Part shown: in pieces, positions 52,880 to 64,000 of the stretch
Layout of the letters: each line of letters starts with the position of its first letter
Position numbering within the stretch: position 1 is the stretch's first letter
Source: Narcine bancroftii
Lineage: Eukaryota
Direction: 5' to 3'
DNA: 64,000 nt
Assembly: GCF_036971445.1 (NCBI RefSeq)
Contig: NC_091478.1
Coordinates: 93,868,001 to 93,932,000 of the forward strand
Translations under genes and position numbers: made by a program
Notes under the pieces: model-generated
Told to the model about the DNA's origin: nothing
The model's database searches: none
What the model saw: only the letters and a program-made list of their open reading frames with translations

Positions 52880-53620
52880 GGAGGTTCAAGAGTCTGATTG
52901 CTATTGGAAAGTAACTGTTCTTGAACCTAGAGATGCTGGTTTTCAGGCTTCTACACTTACTGCCTGAAGATAGCAGAGGAAGAAGTTGTATCCTGGGTGA
53001 TGGGGGTCCTTTATGATGTTGACAATCTCTTGAAACAGTGCTTCACATAGAGGTCTGCAATGAAGATGGACTGGCTCTAATTACTACCTTCTGCAGCCTC
53101 GTTTAGCCCTGGGTACCAGGGCTGCGATATAACCATTCAATATACTTCCCACAGCGCACATGTAGAATTTTGATAGAATGATGACATGCCAAATCTCCTC
53201 AGACTTCTTAGAAAGTAGAAGCATTAGTATATCTTATTTACGGTGGCCTCATTGTACTGGTAAAGACTCCCAGGACCTTGAAAGTTCTGACTCCTACCAC
53301 CTTCCTCCCACTAACGTGGACAGGTATGTGGTCCTTCATCTCTCCTTCCTAAAATCAACAATCAGCTTCTTGAACTTGGTGACGCTGAGAGCAAGATTGT
53401 TGTTCTTGCACCACCCAACCAGGTTCTCGATCTCCATCCTGCATTTTCTGACATCATTTGGCCAACAATCATCAGTGAATATATAGACAAGGTTGGCTAC
53501 TTGACTATACAGGTCATAGGTGTACAAGGAATAAGGCAGGGAACTAATCATGCAGCCTTTGGGTGCCCATGTTGACGGTCAGTGCTGAGAAAATTATATT
53601 TCTGATCCATACTGATTGGA
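52880..53620 (-). mobile_element. Rex1/Babar-like LINE RT fragment
   Basis: YSLYTYD...FTDD...WCKNNNLALSVTKFKKLIVDFRK. Confidence 0.7.
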
Positions 53621-56499
53621 ATTTGCTGATCAGGAAGATGAGGATCAATTTGCAGAGTGACAGACAGTGTCAGGTCCTTTAGCTAGGAGAAAGGAGTTGT
53701 ATCATTCCATAACCAACTTTTCCAAGCACTTCACCATGATAGATGTCTGTCCCACTGGCCGATGATCATTGACACAGGTCACCTTGGTCTTCTTGGTCAC
53801 CAGAATGAATACCCTTTTGAAGCAGGAATCTCTGACTGCTGTAATGAGTAGTTGAAAACTAAAAGGTACTCACTATCACAACCCTGTTGCTTTACATCTT
53901 TCCATAAATGTGTGGGAGATGTCAGTTCCTCTATCTCTCATACCTCTGTCAGAGGGATAGCACTTTTCTCATTCCTCTGTTCTACCCATATTGCCTCAGA
54001 GCATGGCAGTTGATCAGTAGTTGAACTTTCCACCTCTTTTACAATACTCTCTATCATATCTGAAACATCATAGCCTTCTCTCAACTGTCTAAGTCATGGC
54101 CACACATCATAGCTCCAAGCATTAATCCAAGCTCTAAGTTTACCTGCCATATTTATAATACCCATTGCATTGAACTAAATATTTCAGCCTATCAGTACCA
54201 CAGATTATTAAACTGGCCCTCCTTGTCCTTCCCATCAGACTAACTTGGCCTAATTCCTACCTTCTCCTTAACTCCTCTGCTAGCCGACCTGCTACTCGGT
54301 TCCCACCCCTGTCACACTTGTTTAAACTGTCCCAAGTAGCACAAGCAAACCTCCCTGCAAGGGTACTAGCTCCACTCCAGTTCAGGTGTAACCCATCCTT
54401 CTTTTACAGGTCCATCAGGCCCTGGAAGACAGTCCAGGTATCTGAAGTCTTAGCCACACATTCAACTGCACTATCCTCTCCCTTCCTACCTCACTACCAC
54501 AGAGAGCAATCCTGAGGTTGCAATCCTAGAGATCCTTCTTTTCAACTATCTACCTTAACCCGCTAATTTTTGTTGTAGATCCTCATCTCTCCTCCTGCCT
54601 CCCATTAGTTCCAGAATGGACCATGTTCTCTGGCTGATCACTCTTCCCTTTCAGAATGTTATGTGTCAGCACCAAGACAGCCTTCACCCTTTTCAAATGT
54701 TGCTTTGAGATTATAGCCAATGGGGGATGTACTGTTGTCCTTGGCCGGCCAAACCTTGAACTGGGAATATGGCTGCATTCTCCCCATTGTCTCACCAAAA
54801 TGTCTCGAATGAAATTAACAAGGAGAAACCTCAATTTATTTATTTTTCAACTTCTTTATTCCCAGGATATAAATGGCATGCCAATGTCAGCGTTTATTAT
54901 CATTGAATCATTATGGGATGAAAACAGGGCATTCAGGCCACCATGATTATGCCAGCCGTCATACTTGTCTAAACTATTCCCACGTAAAGCCTAGCCCTCA
55001 GCCAGTTGTCCTGTAGCCATAGCATTTCAATATTCATCCAAATACTTCTATAAATGTTATGAAGGTCTTATCTCCAAAGTCCACTCAGGCATTGTGTTCC
55101 AGATTCTAACCGTCCTTGAGGTGACCAAAATCTTCCTCAAATCCCTTCAATCTCCTATACCTTACCATAACCATCTGACCGCTCATTATAGACACTTTTC
55201 ACATATTCCCCACTATTTACACACTTCATGATTTTTACAACACTATCAGTTGTCCCTCAGCCTCCTTGGTGCCAAGGAGAACAGCCCCAGCCTTTCCATG
55301 AAACTGGAACTCTTCATCCCCCCCCAGGCAACAGCTGGATTAATCTGTTTGGCTGCATTTGGAGAACTGTGTGGAGTTCTGGTCACCTACTTCATCATCC
55401 ACACCACCAGCAATCTTCACATCATCGTTGAACTTTCTAATCATACTTACTTCGGTCACATCCAGAATGCTACATTATGCAAGGATCTTCCCACGGGCAG
55501 ATGCTGAACGACCAAAGGAACTGTTCACACTAACCATCAATATTTTCATATTCATGAAACAATATTTATTTATATAGATGAAATATGTTCTGCATATGTG
55601 TTGTTTGTCTGTTAGTGTGTTATGTCTGGTTGTATGTCTCCTTGTTTTGCACCGAGGACCAGAGAACGCTGTTGCATCAGGTTGTACTTGGGCAATCAGA
55701 TGACAATAAGCTAATCTTGATTTGACTGTTACAGGCTTTCAACCACACAAAAAAACACCCATGACCATTACAAAGTCAACCTTTGAAACAAATTGCCAAA
55801 TTGTCCTGGATCACATGGGCCCTTATGAGGGAACTTTGTCAGATCAATGAGGACTGTCCAGCCCTAATTCTCCTTGAAGTGAAATAGTGGTAAAGGGTCA
55901 ATCATGGCGGTGGGGCTGGATCAGGCAAGGACAGAATTCCTTTCCTGCAGGTGATGGGAGATCCAAATGAAGTTACACAACCACCCACTACTTCATAGTT
56001 ATGAAGATGATCTTTTTTAAAAAAAAATAATTGCTGGTACTTAAATTCCCAAGCTGCCACGATGGGATATGAACTTGTATCTCTATACAGGTGCCTAACC
56101 TTTTGTTCTGAACCTTCTGGATTTCAGGATCATTTTGATTAGGTCCCTTTAAGTAAATATCTCACTCCTAGCCACCACCCCCCCCCCCCCCCACCCCCAT
56201 CCATCAGCTCCCCCGCCAAGGCCGGTGCACCCTAGCCTGGGCTGAGCTCAGGGCGGGGGTGGGGGGGAAAGGTGCTGAGTGGGATTGGGGTGGGGGGTGG
56301 GATGCTGACCAGGCTGAGCGTTGGTTCGACGTGCACCATACAGGAGGCTCTTGACCAGCGCGTTGGTCAAGTGGCGGTCAGAGGCGATGGGATGGCCTGG
56401 GAGCTCAGCCAAAAAGTCAGCCAGTGTTGGCTGCTCGGAGCCAGCAGTCATGCGGGGCAGAAGGCCAGACACGAGGTGGACGATCAATAGCCCAATAAC

Positions 56500-56673
56500 A
56501 TCTTTTCTTTGGCTTGGCTTCGCGGACGAAGATTTATGGAGGGGGTAAAAAGTCCACGTCAGCTGCAGGCTCGTTTGTGGCTGACAAGTCCGATGCGGGA
56601 CAGGCAGACACGATTGCAGCGGTTGCAGGGGAAAATTGGTTGGTTGGGGTTGGGTGTTGGGTTTTTCCTCCTT
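56500..56673 (-). mobile_element. Young 5'-truncated RTE-clade LINE 3' end
   Basis: Perfect 12-bp TSD TAGCCCAATAAC (56488-56499 and 56674-56685); C-terminus CNRCNRVCLSRIGLVSHKRACS*; GCCAAGCCAAAGAAAAGA tail. Confidence 0.85.
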
Positions 56674-57648
56674 TAGCCCAATAACTTACACACTACACAA
56701 CTACATCACTTAATGGATCCTCCAGCAAGCCACTTCCAATGAAAGGAAAGGACTATTATGTTATCAAATCTCAGGCTTCAATGACAATAGGTTAAAGACA
56801 TAGAAAACACCGCATTTTGTGAGTTAACATTAACTATTAACATTTAACTAAACTAATCATCTACCCTGCGCCTGAAATGGCAGCTTTGGAACAATTGAGG
56901 TATTCATTTTACTGGTAATTTCCTAGCATTACAATAAGATGGTTACAGCTGGGATCATAAACTGACCATAGAAAACAAAAGTAAACAGACTTTCTGGATG
57001 TATATGCTGTGATTAATGAGTTCTATCTCCTTCTCTAATCCAGCACAGTTATTTGATCTCTCTTGGTCTCCACTTAACAGATATTCTTTGGACAAAAGCA
57101 AAAAATCTTGTAAGTCTGTATAAAGTTGGACTGAAGGGCCTGTTTCGGTGTTGTAAAACAACTCAAAAAGATCAGGCAGCTTGTACAGAAAACAGATTTA
57201 AATATTCAGTTCAATAACTTTTTAATCAGAATGAGGAAAAATGAGAAATGTTTTATAATAGAGAAGGGAGAGGAGGAAACAAAGGAAACACCAGTGAGAG
57301 GATGAGAACAAGATTGCCTGAAGGACATTTTATGGTTATTGGGTGGATCTGTGCACAACTTGTGGGAGAACCCTTGATTCAGTTCTTGTTCTCAATGGTT
57401 TCAGAAATGATCGCTGCTTTGCCACATCAAATGTCTGATTTTGAACATTTCCTGGTGTTTTGGACACATTGTTGACCTGAATCTTCAAATTTGTTGCACT
57501 GTCCACCATAATGCCAAACTGCTGAATATTTTAAACATTTTCTGATTTTATCTCAGACTTCTGGCAACTGCAGTTTTCTGTCATTCTGCAAAACTTTGCT
57601 TTCCTCTCAAGCACAGGGCAACTGAAACTTTTGCATTGAGTATCTTTA

Positions 57649-57996
<348 letters not shown>

Positions 57997-60900
57997 TTAA
58001 AAAATCAGTAACGTTGGGGTCATAATCACAGGATTATTCCCAAGTGTTAGCAAGGGCAAAAATAGGAGAATAGGTCATGAAAAGGCACAGCTGACAAGCT
58101 GGTGCAGGAGGGAGCAGTTTAGGTATTTGAATTGCGAGGCAATTCATTTAGAGACTTAGAGATACAGCACGGTAACAGGCTCTTCCACTCCATGCTGCCC
58201 AAATACTCCCATGTGACCAATTAACCCAAGCATGTACATCTACTTTGTTGCTCTTAATATTCCTGGAGAATCTCTTAGGATTTTCCTAAATCATGTTCTC
58301 TAGAAGCAAAAAGATTTCTCTCTTAAGTGAACTCTTGTACTTATTTTTATGATTTACACCCATATGACCAATAAACTTACTACCACCCACCACTTTGGAT
58401 CTTGGAAAAAAACCAGAGAAGACACAGGAAAATGTATAAACTCCTTAGGATGATGAAAAAGGCATGTGGTATGCTTGCCTTCATAAATCAGGGCAAAGAA
58501 TGCAAGCATTAGCCTGTTACGTTGCAACTGTAGAAAATAATAGTTAGACCACACCTTGAGTATTTTACGTAATTCTGGTCTACATACCATAGGAAGGATG
58601 TGATTGCACTAGAGAGGGTGCAACAGAGATTCATCAATATATTGCCTGGATTTGAGGCCTTTCATGATGGGGAAAAATTGGATAAACTGGATATGTTTTC
58701 CCTCAAGTAAAGGAGGCAAAAGGGCAGCCTGATGGGAGTATAAGTTTATGAGAGGGATAGATCACATATATATTCAATATTAAAAATGAGAGGGCATAGG
58801 CTTAAGATGAGAGGAAGTAATTATAAGGTCATTTGAGGTTTTTTTTTCAAAAAAACAACAGTGGTTGATATCTGGAACTCGCTGCCAGATGAAATGGTGG
58901 AGTCAGATACAATCACTGCATGGAAAAGGCATTTGGACAAACACTGCAAAAGGCAAGCCATAGAAGGACACTATTCTAACATGGGCAAATGGGATTAGTC
59001 TAGACAGGCAAAATGATCAGCAGAGATGTGGTGGCTGAAAGGCCCATTCAGTGCTGTGTGGATCTGCGACTCAAGGTAACCCAGGGAAATTTGATGATTT
59101 AAAATTGTAAACAACGGGGTATCTCAGACAAGACTGCACTGCAAGGGAGGAGCATCATAAATTTGCAAAAAGGTTACTTTATTGTGTCAAATAGGTGTTG
59201 ATCAATCAAAAAGGACCCTCCCACTCTACCGAGAATGGAGAAAACTGCAGGAACTGTTGGCTTCCACATGCAAGATGATAAGTTAGACATTTGGTTTCTC
59301 CAGCCTGCTCCACTGTTTGAGAGCATCAGGGATAATTCATCTGTTCTCTTCCACTAGCCTGACAAATACTTTTATTTATTGACTGATTAAAGATTAGGGG
59401 GAGCTGAGAGATACATTTTTCACCTAAAGCGTAGTTGGTATCTGAAATGAGCAGCCAGAGATGGTGGAGACAGGAACAACATTCAAGAAGCAACTGCAAT
59501 TACTATCTATGGGTGTGACAGTCAGCACAGAAACAATGGGCTGAAGGGCCTATTTCCCTGCTGTTCAGCTAAGTGACTCAGTTATGAATATATCCAAGGA
59601 TTCAACCTCTATCTTTCCAAGGAAAGGAGTTACAAAAATCTACAACCCTTAGAGAAGCTTCTTTCTTATCTTAATGTTAAAAGGGTGTCCTCTTTTTCTG
59701 ACACTATGCTTCAGGTTCTCGCCTCTCCCATAAGGGAAACATCCTGCCAGGCCTTATCCTGTTAAGTTGGCATACTTCTAAAAGATCTCCTCATTCTTCT
59801 AAATTCCAATGAATAGAGACCCAAACTGTTTAACCATTTCCATAGATTAATTTCCCCCATACCCGGGATAATTCCTGAACCTTCTCTGACCTGCTTTCTA
59901 ATTTGCATCTTTCCATGAATAAGGTGACGCAAACTGTGTACCATATTCTGGGAGTGTTGTCACTTATATCTTGGAAAGTGTAAGACTTGACTACTTTTAC
60001 ATTCCAACACCCTTGATATAAAAGCCACTGCATTCTCTTTGCCTTCCCAAATACTGTTTCAGCTGTGTACCAATTCTTCACATTATGTGCACAGATATCA
60101 AATCTCTCTGCACTGCAACTTGCTGTCGGGTTTTTATTCACATTTTTACACATCATTTTCCATTTGCCAACTTTTCGTTTGATCATGCATCACCAAAGAG
60201 ACACGAGGAAGCAGAGACATTATCTGTTCTGAAGTCTCACTGGAAACGTTCCTTTTTTTTATGTAGAACTCAGAGCCTCATTTTGGTTTTTAATCTTAAC
60301 AAAAATAGGACCCTGTTTATTAAATGTATCAGGACAAACTGAACCACCCTGATGCTCCTGGCATGAAGCATACACTGTTATATAACTTTCCTGATCATCT
60401 GAGAAAATACCATCACCTACAATCTCAAGAAGGGAGGACAGAGCTCTGGGCCCTAGGAACCAGTGTAATAGCATTGTGCCATAATGATAGATTACAGGCA
60501 AGTCTGCCTATCCTAAAGGCCATAGTCAGTTGAGGTCCAACATTCTCTAGTGGTCAACACAGTGCAAAGGAGACAACACCCTGACCCAACACCCATCCAA
60601 AGTTCCTTCTACAGATCACCAATCCCTCACAAATCTATTCCTCTGCCTTTACATAGCAGCACCTGCCCACCCATCCCTGGTCTGACCCCAAATGAGAAGG
60701 AAGTTAACATTAGAGAGCTAAGGACTAACAGAGACTGGGTAAAACAGCTTGTTTCTGAAATGCAGTGAGAGTAGAGTGTGTCTGTATATCAGCTCAAGAG
60801 GTCCATCTAGTGGGAGAAAGGAGATAAAAGCTAGGAACTGGCACCTCGATGTAAGAAAAATCCAACTCAGAAGCCACCGGGGACCTTCAAGGTGAAAGAA

Positions 60901-61051
60901 TAAAGAACATGCAAGCTACAGCTCATTTAATGTTGCTATTTTATCCCATAAAAACAGGACACCTGCCATGTCGAATGATGCAGAGGGGAAATCCATATCC
61001 TACAGGGTTTCTGATTCCCAACCGTTGTTCGTGACCTCCCAACAAATCCTA

Positions 61052-61261
<210 letters not shown>

Positions 61262-61859
61262 TCACAGCACAACCTGAGCTCAGAGCAAAGCCGCAGCACG
61301 TCCCACAACATGAACCAGTGCAGCCCACAGAAAAGCCATGGCACAGCCAGACACAGCCCATGGCAGTCATGGTATAGCTGAATACAAGTTAAAGTTCAAA
61401 TTTATTGTCAGAGTACATACATGGCTTCACTTACAACCCTGAGATTCTTTTGGCCTGCGGGTGAGGTAGAATTTCTACTCATCAGCAGTGTAAACAGTCC
61501 TCAAGATAAAAAATATGGATACATTTCTCCCTTTTTCTTGAGCACAGTTTACAGCCCCACAGGGAATATACCCTGCTCACTATTCATGGCATCATTAGGC
61601 ATGGTGTGTGGCAAAGGAAGATGATGGCTATGGCACAACCAAACCTTTGCAAGTATATGCTGAGACAGGATGGATGGCCTGCAGAAGGAACAGGAGAGGT
61701 AGTGGAATGGAAAGGACATGTTGGGCAGTAAGCAGGGATGAGGGTAAGAGGGCAGGGTGAGATGCAAGCATTAGACAATGGAGAGAGTGGGACAGTGGGC
61801 AGGAGAGGAAATGAAGTGAGGAGGTTGGAAAGAGGGATATTTTAAATTAAATTTAAATT

Positions 61860-62075
61860 CAGACACAGCATGGTAATAGGCCATTTCAGCCTAATTTACA
61901 CCCAATTAACCTACATCTCTGGTACATTTCAAACATGGGAGGAAACCGGAGCCCCTGGGGAAAACCCACACAGACACAGGGAGAACATACAAACTCCTTA
62001 GACAGCACAGGATTTGAACCTGGGTCCTGATCACTGGCACTGTAAAGCTAACCACTACTCCAACTGTGCCGCCCA
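61860..62075 (-). mobile_element. V-SINE-like SINE
   Basis: Core GAAAACCCACACAGACACAGGGAGAACATACAAACTCC. Confidence 0.72.
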
Positions 62076-62701
62076 AATAAGAGAGTCTTCAGAGAAGCGT
62101 AGATGGAAAGGGTCCAAGTAGTAGAAGGGGATGTTACTCAGATGTCTGCAGAAGCTAGAATCTGCTGGTAGGAATTGAGAAGAATAAAACAGGAAGTCGT
62201 ACAGTTGAGAAAAGGCTCTGCCTGGTGGATGGAAACAGGTTGAAGTGGAGGGCATGAAGACATTCCTGATGGGAGATGGAGATGAACACTGGACCACCAT
62301 AGCAAAGATGAGGCAGTGAGGGAACTGAAAGCTCTCCTCCACAACACTTCTTATTTGGAACAAGCTGCCAGAGGAGGTACAATCATGATGTTCAAGCCAT
62401 TTGGACAGATTTACAGATAGGAAAGTTTTAAAAGGATATGGGGTCAGCCAAGACTGCCAACTTGGTCACCAGAGACATGTTGGGCTAAAGGGCCTTTTCT
62501 GAGCTGTAATTTGATGATTCCCATCGACTTGGTAGAATTTGTTCTCTTTTGACTCCTCTCACTTCTACCAGTAATTTGTTATTGCATTGAATGGAGAGTG
62601 GGATAAAATAGGTGGGAAGGAAGGAAAGATGTGCCTTCTCTTCTGCATTTGGAGATTGCCATCAGGAACTTCAGTCACCTAACCCTTCATTCTCCGCCTC
62701 A

Positions 62702-62983
<282 letters not shown>

Positions 62984-64000
62984 CTAAGCTCTCCTGGAGC
63001 TCCCCACAGGCAGCTTTCCTTGATAGCTTTGATGCCTTACAAATGGGCTTTGCTGGCAAAGTATCATTTATTGCTGTTAACACACAAACATGCAGAGTTC
63101 TTTATGTAGCAAAAATACATAACCAACGTTTCAGGCCTGAGTGCTTTGCCAAGACATGAGCAAAAAGCAGGCAGCACTTGCATAAAATGGTGGGGAGAGG
63201 AGCACAGGCTCTCAGGCGAGACATCACAGGTGGATATGGGTGGGAGGGCAGAAGAGAAGAAGATGGAAAGTGAAAGGGGAGGGGATAGCTCTGTGAATTG
63301 AAAAGAGGGTGGAGAGCTGGAGGAAAGGAGAAAGAGGGATAGAGAAAGAGAGGGAGATGGGAGGGATCTAATGGATACTGGAGAAGTCAATGTTCCAACC
63401 TTTTCTAATTTTACTTCAGATTTTTCTGTGTGTCTGATGATTTATCCATTTCAAACTAACCTTCTGATTTTTTTTATCTCATCCAGTCGTTCACACTTGC
63501 TCGCATCTTAGCTCAGTTTTGTGAAGGTGCTCACAAAGCATTAATTTCCAATTTATCCACATCCTTCACCTCCACACACAGGTTATCTGTTTGGAACCTA
63601 TCTGACTTTCATTATTGATCCTGCTCTTTATGTGTTTAAAAACATTAGCAGTCTTTTATTTTATTTGCCCATTTTTATACCTTTTTATTTTCCTAATTTG
63701 AGTATTTCCAGACACAAGTTCATTTTATTCACCTCCTCCTCCATTCACCTTGTCCCGATGGGGGAAGCAGGGTAGGTTCATATTTGGCAGTCTTGCCCCC
63801 TCCCTCTCTCTCAAACACTTTCACCCCAAATTTCATCTATTTTTTTCTTGAATGGCTCCCATTGTATCAAACTTTCCTGCTCTTTGCAGTCTATTCCTGC
63901 TAAATCACTTTTCAGTCTATCAAAGTCCACTCTTATCTTGCAATACACAAAAGTGCTGGAGAAACTCAGCACGTCACGCAGCATCAATAGGAAGCAAAGG

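Overview
Vertebrate nuclear DNA, most likely a cartilaginous fish (inferred from the CR1, V-SINE, Penelope, Rex1 and fish-type L1 repeat landscape). It carries the conserved UTP4-CHTF8-HAS3-TANGO6 block known from human 16q22.1. I reconstructed the first coding exon of UTP4 (-), a complete 3-exon CHTF8 (+, 134 aa), a complete 3-coding-exon HAS3 (-, 551 aa) and the last 15 coding exons of TANGO6 (-, 777 aa); all splice sites are GT-AG with matching phases. Introns are dominated by decayed CR1 LINEs, and there is a 356-N assembly gap. I found no evidence for a new multi-gene system. The most unusual items are: a TSD-bounded ~2.9 kb ORF1-only 'half-L1' whose 3' half is a C-depleted ghost of the ORF2 endonuclease; two 5'-inverted (twin-primed) L1 insertions; UTP4 and CHTF8 start codons only 92 bp apart; no DERPC ORF; and a ~130 bp copy of sequence downstream of HAS3 inserted into a nearby CR1.
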